A DNA stretch of 64,000 nt from Candidatus Magasanikbacteria bacterium RIFCSPHIGHO2_01_FULL_41_23 (GTDB lineage: Bacteria; Patescibacteriota; Patescibacteriia; Magasanikbacterales; UBA922): assembly GCA_001782805.1 (NCBI GenBank), contig MFPT01000002.1:69401-133400 (forward strand). The letters run 5' to 3'. Each line of letters opens with the position of its first letter. Within the stretch, counting starts at the first letter, position 1. The position numbers were made by a program, and so were the translations under genes. The notes beneath the pieces are model-generated. The model was not told the DNA's origin. It saw nothing but the letters and a program-made list of their open reading frames with translations, and did no database searches. Below are positions 49,053 through 57,989 of the stretch, piece after piece.

Positions 49053-49961
49053 ATGGACGGAATTCCGGTTTTGGACATGTCTGAGTTCGGGGCTCATCCC
49101 GAACAGGACAAGCGTATCGCCGACTTGATCGGCGAGAACGCGAGAACGCTCAGCTTCATGGCCATCACTGGCCACGGAGTCGAAAACTCGCTCATCAACG
49201 ACGCGTTCGAGGCCATGCGCCAGGTCTTTCAGACCGGCATGACCGAGACGGAACGTCTCCACTACGAGTTCCCCGAGATCGGGCGTCAGGTGGGCTACAC
49301 GCCACCCGACACCGAACAATCGGTGGGACACGCGCTCAAGAACCGCATGCGCTTCTGGCACGTCATGGATCCCAAGTGCGGAATCCGGAACGTGTTCCCC
49401 AGCGAGGTTCTGGAGTTCGAGCGTGTCATGCTGGATCTGCATGCTGCGCTCAAGGGATTCGCGGCCAAAGTGCTCCGAGCCGTGGCCATCCATCTCGGCC
49501 GCGACCCCGAGTTCTTCGTCCGCTGGATCGAGGATGGCGCGAACCTGCTCCGCCCCATCCACTACCCGGCCCTGAACGGCGATGAGAATGTGGAACGCTC
49601 GGGCTCTCACACCGACATCAACCTCATCACCATCCTCGCGCCGGCCACTGTTCCAGGTCTCCGAGTAATGGGACCGGACGGCCAGTGGATCGACGCCAAC
49701 AACCCGCCCGGCACGCTCATCGTCAACTTCGGGGACATGATGCACATGCACACGTTCGGCGAGTTGAAGACGACTCTCCACGAAGTGCACAATCCGGGAA
49801 CCGCGTGCCCGGATCGGTACTCCATCCCCATCTTCATCCACCCGAACGGTCGGCGCATGCTCGTGGGTACCCAAGCCTACCTGCTCCGTCGCCTTCGTCA
49901 GATCAAGCTCATCGGAGAGCTCCCGCCGAACCAGATCGACTACCAGGACATCGAGTCCTAG
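49053..49961 (+). CDS. 2-oxoglutarate/Fe(II)-dependent oxygenase (isopenicillin N synthase-like superfamily), GC-rich foreign gene
   Basis: HTD...H facial triad (SGSHTDINL ... HEVHNPG). About 62% GC against about 38% flanks. ORFs on the other strands of this region are composition artefacts. Confidence 0.7.
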   Translation: MDGIPVLDMSEFGAHPEQDKRIADLIGENARTLSFMAITGHGVENSLINDAFEAMRQVFQTGMTETERLHYEFPEIGRQVGYTPPDTEQSVGHALKNRMRFWHVMDPKCGIRNVFPSEVLEFERVMLDLHAALKGFAAKVLRAVAIHLGRDPEFFVRWIEDGANLLRPIHYPALNGDENVERSGSHTDINLITILAPATVPGLRVMGPDGQWIDANNPPGTLIVNFGDMMHMHTFGELKTTLHEVHNPGTACPDRYSIPIFIHPNGRRMLVGTQAYLLRRLRQIKLIGELPPNQIDYQDIES

Positions 49962-50089
49962 TAGCGCCCACCCCCCAATCCCACCAATCGGGCGACAACC
50001 AAAACTATGTCACCCAACCCTTATTTCTAAAGTTTGGAAATAGAGGTTGGAGGAAACGACATAGTTTTTGTTTTATTAAAATGTATTTA

Positions 50090-50190
50090 CTAAAATAAAA
50101 ATGGACTGGATATAACTTTTTTGGGCACGGAATTTATGACGTGATCCAGAAAAAGTTATGCAAGGAATTTTTATTTTAATTTCCTTAATG
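50090..50190. repeat. about 100-nt long-hairpin repeat element (copy 2), between the GC-rich oxygenase gene and rplU
   Basis: Same conserved ends as copy 1. Central stem differs but stays partly complementary (ataactttttt / aaaaagttat). Confidence 0.65.
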
Positions 50191-50197
50191 TATTATT

Positions 50198-50231
50198 AAA
50201 AAAATCCTCGTTTGATGCAAGGATTTTTTAT
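50198..50231 (-). terminator. Rho-independent terminator downstream of rplU
   Basis: aaaaaaatcctcg..caaggatttttt hairpin with flanking A/T runs, so possibly bidirectional. Confidence 0.5.
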
Positions 50232-50242
50232 TATATTTTATT

Positions 50243-50554
50243 TTAAACTTTGATAACTTTCACTTTGGTGAAATGCTGCCGATGACCAATCGTTCTCTTA
50301 TAACGAACTTTGCGTTTATATTTAACCACTAAAATTTTCTTAGCACGCCCTTGTTCCGCCACAATGGCCTCAACCGTAACACCCTCCAAATACGGAGCGC
50401 CAATTTTAACATCCGTCCCATCATCTTCAGCCGTCAGCATTACTTTATCAAAAATAATAATACCGTTAACTTCGGCCGGAAGTTTTTCCACTTTTAAGGC
50501 ATCGCCACTTTTAACCAAATATTGCTTACCACCTGTTTCAATAACTGCGAACAT
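50243..50554 (-). CDS. rplU: 50S ribosomal protein L21
   Basis: MFAVIETGGKQYLVKSGDALKVEKL is the canonical L21 N-terminus; 103 aa. Confidence 0.9.
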   Translation of the reverse strand: MFAVIETGGKQYLVKSGDALKVEKLPAEVNGIIIFDKVMLTAEDDGTDVKIGAPYLEGVTVEAIVAEQGRAKKILVVKYKRKVRYKRTIGHRQHFTKVKVIKV

Positions 50555-50628
50555 ATAAATAAATTAAGCCAAATAAATCTAAAATTAGGAATGAGCGGAT
50601 TATACGCAAATGCTTCAAAATTGTCAAG

Positions 50629-51108
50629 CTAAGGATCCCCAACAATTTCCAATCTATCTCCAATCTTCAAATCATATTTTTCAACCCATCCAGCCTCCAA
50701 TTCCAAAACCAAATTGGCTGACTTACGTGGAATATAACGTCGCAGTTCTGTTTCTTTAATATCTAGTTCAGTTGGAACATTGGGCGCAATATCCACCACT
50801 TCGCCGTTCAAAAACCACACGATATCAATGGGAAAAAGCGTATCGCGCATCACAAATCCGTATTTGTTGGGAACGGCAAACACAAATAACATTCCATCAT
50901 AAGGAGCAAGTGCTGTTCTGCCACCAAGACCTTTGTAATGCCGATACGGATTATCTGCCACCAAAACTTTCAGTGACGTATCTTTTAAAATTACCGTTGT
51001 CTTAGGCCAATAAAATTTATAAGCTTGGACACTAATAAAACCAATTAAAAAAATTACTACAATAATTTTGAAATGTCGAATTGAACGTTCTTTATTTATT
51101 TCTGACAT
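50629..51108 (-). CDS. DUF192 domain protein (membrane-anchored)
   Basis: N-terminal TM helix, then the DUF192 core (FPIDIVWFLNGEVVDI...). Confidence 0.6.
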   Translation of the reverse strand: MSEINKERSIRHFKIIVVIFLIGFISVQAYKFYWPKTTVILKDTSLKVLVADNPYRHYKGLGGRTALAPYDGMLFVFAVPNKYGFVMRDTLFPIDIVWFLNGEVVDIAPNVPTELDIKETELRRYIPRKSANLVLELEAGWVEKYDLKIGDRLEIVGDP

Positions 51109-51150
51109 ATTTCAATAATATTTACTCCAATTCATAAAAAAATAGTCTTT

Positions 51151-51330
51151 ACTCCCTCGTAATCAAACTCCGTTTTCTAAGTCTAAAGCAAAATTCAACG
51201 ATATCCTTTTGTTCAACTGATAGTCTAACGGATTATGCATTCTAAACAAGTCATTATACTCAGCTTTCAGCAAAAGTATATTCGTCTCCATTTTGCTTAT
51301 TAGTATATTGGATGTTTGGGTGTTGCATTA
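51151..51330 (-). repeat. MITE-like repeat, copy C (degenerate ends), upstream of DUF192 gene
   Basis: Same core as copy B (caactgatagtctaacggattatgcattctaaacaagtcattatactcagctttc) and the same downstream block attagtatattggatgttt. Confidence 0.7.
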
Positions 51331-51344
51331 GGTGTTGCCTTTGT

Positions 51345-51535
51345 GGGTAATTTCAGTAGTGGGTAATTTTATTTTTCAGTAATGTGTATGAGCATCCTTT
51401 CTACTGGCTTGGTTAGAGTAGATTAGATGTCAATAAAGCATAGACTGGGAGGGTAAAAGAATAGCGAGTTTTACTGAAAAAGAAAATTATCTACTACTGA
51501 AATTCATGTTGATTTAAATTGAGTTGATTTATTTT
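51345..51535. repeat. degenerate long-hairpin element upstream of MITE copy C
   Basis: Long-range inverted repeats tttcagtagt / actactgaaa and ttttcagtaatg / ttactgaaaa. Ends with ttttaatttcct, as in the other hairpin elements. Confidence 0.4.
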
Positions 51536-51542
51536 AATTTCC

Positions 51543-52586
51543 TCAAAGTATTTGGGATTTATTTTTATTCCGTTTTGACAAAAAAGTAGACAGGCCAAAC
51601 ATAATCGCGCCCAGAATCACAAAAGCCAACAATTTATACCGATTCGACAAAAACAACGCCGATAAACCAAACACCAAAGCGATGCTATACATTACCAGCA
51701 CCGCCTCACGTTGAGTTAGACCGGAATTTAATAATTTAAAATGCAAATGTTCACTGTCTCCGACAAAAATCGGCTTACCCTTATACCAGCGTTCAAAAAT
51801 TACCCGCGCCACATCCAAAGCCGGCAAACCCAAAACCAACAACGTTGTAATAATTTTGCTACCGGAAATAACCGCGATAATGGCCAACAAATAACCGGTC
51901 AATAAACTGCCGCCCTCACCCAAAAAAATTTTAGCCGGATGAAAATTCCAAACCAAAAATCCCATACATGAACCGGCCAGAAGCAATGCCAAAAAACTAA
52001 CCTCGGGCTGAAACCATGCCGACTGTTGCGTTAAAAAATAAATAATAATCGCGCCAATCGCCACCATCCCTGATACCAAACCATCCAAACCATCCAAAAA
52101 TTTGGTCGTAAACATCATGCCCATTAACCAAAAAAATAAAATAATATCAGCCCCGGCAAACCATTGACTTAGATTGATTGAACCACCAAGCGGATTAGTG
52201 ATTGCTGTCGGTCCCATACCAACATACACCAAAATTAAACTGGCGATAATTGGACAAATTATTTGCACACTGGGTGGCAATTGATATTTATCATCAAACC
52301 AACCGCCAATCATCAGAATGCTTGCGCCAAGCCACACTGCCACAATATGATAAAAAGGAATTTCAACAAAAATAACCAAACGAATGACGATTGACAAAAA
52401 TAACAAACCAAAAAAAGTCAGATAAATTACCCAACCACCACCCAAAGGAATAGCGCGATCATGAATTTTTCTCCCTTGTTTTTGCGGTCGATCGATTATG
52501 CCAAAACGTCTCATTGCCCAAGCCACAAACGGAGACAAAATACAGGCCACAATCCCAGCCATCCACAAAGTTGCTAAACGAATCAT
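51543..52586 (-). CDS. glycosyltransferase family 4 polyprenyl-phosphate sugar-1-phosphate transferase (WecA/TagO/MraY family)
   Basis: 10-11 TM helices. DRPQKQGRKIHDRAIPLGGG resembles the WecA N-terminal motif. DDKYQ-type cytoplasmic loops. Confidence 0.7.
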   Translation of the reverse strand: MIRLATLWMAGIVACILSPFVAWAMRRFGIIDRPQKQGRKIHDRAIPLGGGWVIYLTFFGLLFLSIVIRLVIFVEIPFYHIVAVWLGASILMIGGWFDDKYQLPPSVQIICPIIASLILVYVGMGPTAITNPLGGSINLSQWFAGADIILFFWLMGMMFTTKFLDGLDGLVSGMVAIGAIIIYFLTQQSAWFQPEVSFLALLLAGSCMGFLVWNFHPAKIFLGEGGSLLTGYLLAIIAVISGSKIITTLLVLGLPALDVARVIFERWYKGKPIFVGDSEHLHFKLLNSGLTQREAVLVMYSIALVFGLSALFLSNRYKLLAFVILGAIMFGLSTFLSKRNKNKSQIL

Positions 52587-52609
52587 ATTATTTTTTTGAT
52601 ACTATCATT

Positions 52610-55369
52610 TCAAGTCGGCAAAGGCAATCCAGCGCGTTCAATTGAAATTTTTGCATTTTCTCCAACAACAATGATATCACGTCGTTGCAATTTCCCACTC
52701 AAAATTAATTCAGCCAATTGGTCTTCCACATGTTCTTGAATCGCGCGACGCATCGGACGCGCGCCAAATTCCGGATCATATCCAATTTGGGACAATGCCT
52801 CGAGTCCGGCATCTTCCACGCGCAAATCAATCCCTCGCGCTTCCAAATCTTTGGCCACGCGCTTTAACATAAAGCCGGCAATTTGTTTAATTTCTTCCCG
52901 ATTCAATGGCGTAAATACTATAATACCATCAAAGCGATTCAAAAATTCCGGCCGATAATAATTTTTTAATTCCGAGCGTAATAATTTTTCCCGAATCTGA
53001 TCAGTCGGTGTTCCCGCCCGCACTGCTTCTTGAATAAAAGTAGTTCCCGCATTTGATGTCGCGATAATAATCGTATTGGTAAAATCAATCACGCGACCAA
53101 TACTATCAGTCAAACGTCCGTCATCAAAGACTTGCAAAAATAAATTCAACACATTGGGATCGGCTTTTTCCAACTCATCCAACAAAATTAAAGAAAATGG
53201 TTTTTCACGCACAGCTTCGGTCAAAAGTCCGGTGCCTTGTTGACCAATCTGACCAATCAAACGATAAATTCCGCTTTTGTCCTGATATTCACTCATGTCC
53301 ACGCGAATCATTCGGTCTTCGCGGCCAAAATAGACATCAGCGATTGTTTTGGCCAATTCAGTTTTACCAACTCCGGTCGGACCTAAAAATAAAAAATTCG
53401 CGATTGGCCGGCCTTTGGAACGAATTTCCGCTCGCGCTCGACGAAGTGCGCTTGCCACCATAACCACGGCTTCGTTTTGTCCCACCACCCGTTTATGCAT
53501 TTCGGTTTCCAGACGCAACAGTTTACTGGATTCATCTTCGCTAATACTCGTTGCGGGAATCCCGGTTTTTTGTCCAATCACAGCCGCTACATCATCGGTC
53601 GTAACCAATGGTTTTGCCGGATGTTTGCTATGAGCCAAACTCGCGCTTTCGGAAAATAAAGTCAATGCACTTTCGGGCAAATACTGATCATGCAAATAAC
53701 GATTGGCATGTTGAACACAACGCGCCAGCGCATCATAGGAAAAAAATACATTATGCTTATACTCCACCTGTCCGGCCTTTGATTCCAAAACTTGAATCGC
53801 TTGATTTTCATCCATTATGGAAATTTCCACTTTGGCAAAAATAGAGCTTAATTCAGAATTGGCAATATGTTTGTGATAGGCATCAGGTTGAGTCGTGGCC
53901 AAAGTTAAAAAATGGCCGCCACTTAAATATTCAGCCAAAGTTCCGGCCACATTCATACCTGATTCTTGTTGCGCATCTTCCCCACCGATCAAATCAGTGA
54001 CATTATTGATTACCAAAATAATATTCCGCGCGCGCGCCAGCTCATTCATAATTTTAATCAATCGTTCCTGCGCTCCGGAAACAGTCGTCCCGGCCAAAAG
54101 CGATGAAGTAGAAACTTGGACGAGTCGTTTATCTTTTAAACGATCCGGCACACGATCTTGCACCATACGTTCGGCAATCCCTTCAATGATACTCATTTTC
54201 CCCACTCCGGGAGAGCCCACCAAAAGCACACTCTGTTGTCCACCTTCAATGATTCTAAAAATTGCGTCAATTTCATTATCGCGCGCCACGCACGGATACA
54301 AATATCCCAATTGTGCTTTAAGCGTTAAATCCTCGCTAAAACTATTTAAAAACGGAGTAGCCACCGCAGTCATGGCTCGGTCAATCCCATGAGTATCCCG
54401 ATGCGCCGAGGCTTGGCGTAACGCCAAATAATCTTCGCGTAATTGTTCACGAATTCGTACCCAAGCCACGACATTGTCCAGTTTAACACTGTCAATATTC
54501 AAATCATATAAAATTTCTTGCAAAGCCGGCCACGCCCGAACCGTTGCCAAAAGCAAAGCGCTTTCCCGGACATGCGAATCATGAGTTTTGGCCGAAATTT
54601 CGTACGCCGCAAATAAAATTTGCTCAAAAATATCGGACATGACCGGCTCAATAGTATTTTTTGTTTTTGTTATTTCAAAAGTAGAAACTCTGACTTTAAC
54701 TGTTTCCGGTGAAATCCCCAGACGAATAAACATGTTACCCACCATTGGTTGATCGATTAAAGCCAAAAATAGATGTTTTGGTTCAATCATTGCTGACTTT
54801 TCTGTCACTGCCAACTTAAAAGCGGTATCAAGTGTGTGTTTGGCAGTGACGGTAAACGTTTCCGAAATATTTAATGATCTAACTTTTGGTATTTTTTTTA
54901 ATTGCTCCCAATCTAATTGGACAATTTCTGGCGCTTCATCGTTGGTATAATTTCGTAATAAGGCAATTGGCTTATTTGATTGAACAATCCGATACCACAC
55001 ATAACTGAACGCGCCAATGCCTAACCAAAAAAATGATTTGGTCCACAAATGTCGCCGCGACCAAAAATCAAATGAAAATAAATCCAACCAAAAATCCATT
55101 CGATAAATATCCCAAAAAAATAAACCAACAAATCCCAGACCAAAAATCAAAGCGGTCATGATTTGAAAAGCATTTAAAAAATCTCGACCGCGACGAAGCG
55201 CGATATCATAAGCTGACAATGGCCAAGTCCAATACCAAAATTCATTATACAAAAAAAATCCACGCCCACGTCCCAGACAAAACGAACATTTGAATAAACC
55301 TTTAAGACCGGTTGCACTACAGTTCGCACACCGGATAACATTAAATTTTTCGTTTTGAGAAAATTGCAT
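52610..55369 (-). CDS. membrane-anchored ClpB/ClpC-like AAA+ ATPase with N-terminal DnaJ-type zinc finger
   Basis: N-terminal CxxC..CxxCxGxG, about 3 TM helices, two Clp_N repeats. D1 has GSPGVGKMS (Lys followed by Met) and VINN in place of DE. D2 is canonical (GPTGVGKTELAK, LLDELEKA, GARPMRR). No IGF loop and no long M-domain. Confidence 0.75.
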   Translation of the reverse strand: MQFSQNEKFNVIRCANCSATGLKGLFKCSFCLGRGRGFFLYNEFWYWTWPLSAYDIALRRGRDFLNAFQIMTALIFGLGFVGLFFWDIYRMDFWLDLFSFDFWSRRHLWTKSFFWLGIGAFSYVWYRIVQSNKPIALLRNYTNDEAPEIVQLDWEQLKKIPKVRSLNISETFTVTAKHTLDTAFKLAVTEKSAMIEPKHLFLALIDQPMVGNMFIRLGISPETVKVRVSTFEITKTKNTIEPVMSDIFEQILFAAYEISAKTHDSHVRESALLLATVRAWPALQEILYDLNIDSVKLDNVVAWVRIREQLREDYLALRQASAHRDTHGIDRAMTAVATPFLNSFSEDLTLKAQLGYLYPCVARDNEIDAIFRIIEGGQQSVLLVGSPGVGKMSIIEGIAERMVQDRVPDRLKDKRLVQVSTSSLLAGTTVSGAQERLIKIMNELARARNIILVINNVTDLIGGEDAQQESGMNVAGTLAEYLSGGHFLTLATTQPDAYHKHIANSELSSIFAKVEISIMDENQAIQVLESKAGQVEYKHNVFFSYDALARCVQHANRYLHDQYLPESALTLFSESASLAHSKHPAKPLVTTDDVAAVIGQKTGIPATSISEDESSKLLRLETEMHKRVVGQNEAVVMVASALRRARAEIRSKGRPIANFLFLGPTGVGKTELAKTIADVYFGREDRMIRVDMSEYQDKSGIYRLIGQIGQQGTGLLTEAVREKPFSLILLDELEKADPNVLNLFLQVFDDGRLTDSIGRVIDFTNTIIIATSNAGTTFIQEAVRAGTPTDQIREKLLRSELKNYYRPEFLNRFDGIIVFTPLNREEIKQIAGFMLKRVAKDLEARGIDLRVEDAGLEALSQIGYDPEFGARPMRRAIQEHVEDQLAELILSGKLQRRDIIVVGENAKISIERAGLPLPT

Positions 55370-55370
55370 A

Positions 55371-55730
55371 TTAGGGACTGAAGCTGGAAATGATCAGCAT
55401 ATAAATCACAAATACGGGCATAACTAACCACAATAAAAATAAAACCAAAACTACAAAAAACCAAACTAATAAACATAACGTGCGGCCAATCACATTGGTC
55501 AAACGCACGATAAAACTGATCAGTCTTCCCTGCCAATCATGCTGACCAAACATCGGCACAAAAACATTTTTGAGCCACAATCTTGGAGCCAATAAATTAT
55601 TGGCCGCAGACAACAAATTTAGACACGCGCGCAAGGTGTGCATCATGCCGCTGGTATACCACCAAAAGGGAAAATAAAAAATATCGAAAATAAATTCGAT
55701 GAATAATCTTTGTAAAACTAGAAGATGCAT
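55371..55730 (-). CDS. small membrane protein (hypothetical)
   Basis: 119 aa, about 3 TM helices. Ends 1 bp before the Clp ATPase gene, so probably co-transcribed. Confidence 0.4.
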   Translation of the reverse strand: MHLLVLQRLFIEFIFDIFYFPFWWYTSGMMHTLRACLNLLSAANNLLAPRLWLKNVFVPMFGQHDWQGRLISFIVRLTNVIGRTLCLLVWFFVVLVLFLLWLVMPVFVIYMLIISSFSP

Positions 55731-55746
55731 ACGTTTTTACTAACTC

Positions 55747-55900
55747 GTAATCAAACTTCACTGATCCTCTTTTTTTCAACTGATAGTCTAACGGATTATG
55801 CATTCTCAGTAAGTCAATATACTCAGCTTTCAGAAAAAGAGGATTCAGTTCCAGTTTGATTCAAAGATTAATTGAATGTTTTGGTGTTGCACTCGTGAGA
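55747..55900 (-). repeat. MITE-like repeat, copy D (intact), upstream of membrane-protein/Clp operon
   Basis: Nearly identical to copy B over about 115 nt, including both terminal inverted repeats. Confidence 0.75.
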
Positions 55901-55927
55901 TTGGTATTAGTATACCATTTTTTAAAA

Positions 55928-55963
55928 ATAAAAAAATCCCGAAATGATCGGGACTTTATTTTA
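55928..55963 (-). terminator. Rho-independent terminator after ftsL-like gene
   Basis: tcccga aatga tcggga stem-loop flanked by A/T runs. Confidence 0.5.
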
Positions 55964-56302
55964 TCGTTTGGCGACGATCGCGGATTCAACCGACGCATAT
56001 TCAACCTGATCAACCGGTACATATCCTTTGTCAGCCAATTCATCATTCAAGCGCGTAATTGATTGTGCTTCGGCCAAAAAAACATCCAATTGGCGATTGT
56101 CAACTTGAAGTGTTTTGATTTGCTTGTTTAATTGACTAACGGCATATCCACTGGCAGTAACCTGATTGGTTTGAAACACATAAAAAAAAGCGGCGGCCAC
56201 AACCACACTAATAAATGCCACGCGAACAGGCAATTTTTGAGTAATGGATTCAATTTTTAACCACCAAGAATCTGGAGTGTGCCGACGAGAGTGGTAATAC
56301 AT
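55961..56302 (-). CDS. ftsL: FtsL-like cell division protein
   Basis: Single TM helix plus coiled coil. Sits downstream of rsmH in the mraZ-rsmH-ftsL order. Confidence 0.5.
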   Translation of the reverse strand: MYYHSRRHTPDSWWLKIESITQKLPVRVAFISVVVAAAFFYVFQTNQVTASGYAVSQLNKQIKTLQVDNRQLDVFLAEAQSITRLNDELADKGYVPVDQVEYASVESAIVAKR

Positions 56303-56331
56303 AGTGACAGGCTCGTATTAACAATTAATAA

Positions 56332-57237
56332 TTAATTTTTTTGGATAACACGAAGTTTGGCTGATCGCGCGCGCGGATTTGCTTTATATTCTTCTTCGCC
56401 ACATACAATTGGTTTTTTGGTAATAATCGTTGCGCTATTTTTTTGTTCCAAATCTTTAAAATAATGTTTGACTATTCTGTCTTCCAACGAATGAAAAGTG
56501 ATAACTGCCAATCGTCCGCCTGAAGCTAGGACTTTTATGGCTTGGGGTAAAACTTCTTCTATGACTTCCAATTCCCGATTAACCGCGATGCGCAAAGCCT
56601 GAAATATTTTTGTGGCCGGATGTAGTCCTCCAATCCAAGGAATTTCTTTATCGGTTTTTAATTTTTTCCGATATGTTGCTAAAATTATTTCCGTCAATTG
56701 TCCGGTTTGTTTAATTGGCTCGCCTTGGCGATACGAAATTATCGCGCTCACTATTTCTTTACTTAAATTTTCTTCGCCATATTCCCGAAAAATTTGTTCC
56801 AGTTCATTAGCATCAAATGTATTAACAATTTCCGTGGCTGTAATTTCTTCCCTACCACTATACGTCATGTTCAATGGTTCATCAGTCAAAAAACTGAATC
56901 CTCGACCGCGCTCGGCGAATTGCGGACTGGACCAACCCAGATCAAGCAGAATTCCCTTAATTTCACCAATCGGATTTTCCGCGACAATTTTTTCCAGCTC
57001 GGAAAAATTTCCCCGCACAAACGTAACTCTGTTCGCGAACGAATACAGATATTGCTTGGCGCGTAACAATGATTCCGGATCCGCGTCAATCGCCAATAAT
57101 TGCCCGTTTGGCGCAGTCGCTTCCAGAATTTTTTCACTATGTCCGCCATCACCAACTGTACAATCAATGACATTATCATTAGACTTAAGTTGTAAAGATT
57201 CCAAAACCTCATTCAGTAATACCGGAATATGGCGCAT
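56332..57237 (-). CDS. rsmH: 16S rRNA (cytosine1402-N4)-methyltransferase
   Basis: MRHIPVLLNEVLE start and DCTVGDGGHS SAM motif. Confidence 0.9.
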   Translation of the reverse strand: MRHIPVLLNEVLESLQLKSNDNVIDCTVGDGGHSEKILEATAPNGQLLAIDADPESLLRAKQYLYSFANRVTFVRGNFSELEKIVAENPIGEIKGILLDLGWSSPQFAERGRGFSFLTDEPLNMTYSGREEITATEIVNTFDANELEQIFREYGEENLSKEIVSAIISYRQGEPIKQTGQLTEIILATYRKKLKTDKEIPWIGGLHPATKIFQALRIAVNRELEVIEEVLPQAIKVLASGGRLAVITFHSLEDRIVKHYFKDLEQKNSATIITKKPIVCGEEEYKANPRARSAKLRVIQKN

Positions 57238-57246
57238 ACAATTATT

Positions 57247-57678
57247 CTAAACTCCCAATTGACCCATCTGCTCGGCAATCGTGGTACTTTCGGCTTCCGT
57301 GCGTTTGGTGTATTCACTCCATTTGCCCGCGTCCCACAGTTCCAGCCGATTGTACAAACCAGCTACGACCACATCTTTTTTGAGCGTGGCGTACGAACGC
57401 AAATACTCGGGCAAAATTATGCGACCTTGTTTATCCACTTCCACATCCATAGCACCAGCCAGCATTAAACGCGCGAACGCTCGTGTGTTGGCTTGAGCAA
57501 ATGGCAGATTGGCCAATTTTTCTGCCAGTTTTGCCCACTCAACTTTGGTGTACAAAAACAAGCAGTTATCCAAACCACGCGTGACAAACGCTCCTTTGGC
57601 CAAAGCATTCCGAAATTTTTTCGGAACTGACAGCCGACCCTTATCATCGAGGCTATGTGAATATTCGCCGATAAACAT
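57247..57678 (-). CDS. mraZ: transcriptional regulator MraZ
   Basis: MFIGEYSHSLDDKGRLSVP start and two MraZ repeats. Confidence 0.9.
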   Translation of the reverse strand: MFIGEYSHSLDDKGRLSVPKKFRNALAKGAFVTRGLDNCLFLYTKVEWAKLAEKLANLPFAQANTRAFARLMLAGAMDVEVDKQGRIILPEYLRSYATLKKDVVVAGLYNRLELWDAGKWSEYTKRTEAESTTIAEQMGQLGV

Positions 57679-57810
57679 ATTTGGGGATTAATTAGGAATA
57701 CAAGCATTTTTCCCACTTTTCCCCACTTGTTTCCATTATATACCACAATAAAACACACAACAATCCCTTTATCCCCTATTTATCCACACCTCGACTCACT
57801 CCGTTCGCTC

Positions 57811-57893
57811 GGGTGGAAACAAAAAATCACCCGACGCCAATTAAAATTCCAATTCATTGGAGTTTTAAGGAGGTTGCGGGTGGTTTTTTGACT
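57811..57893. repeat. about 80-bp direct repeat R1 (hairpin-forming), left flank of NYN / GC-rich-ORF cassette
   Basis: aaaaaatcacccgacgcc ... aggagg..cgggtggtttttt is homologous to 59056-59131. Confidence 0.6.
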
Positions 57894-57989
57894 TTATACT
57901 TTTTATTGTTATAATTAATGTATAGGAGGGAGTCAAAATTATTTTTTGTAACTCCTTTGACGGAGTTTTTATTTTTGATTAAAAAATTT

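Noticed and set aside
49047-50098. Multiple long ORFs on the minus strand and in other frames over the GC-rich oxygenase gene (for example 49047-49874, 49607-49858, 49685-50098)
   Set aside because: High-GC DNA keeps all frames open. The plus-strand 2OG-oxygenase ORF has a clear homology signature, so the others are composition artefacts.
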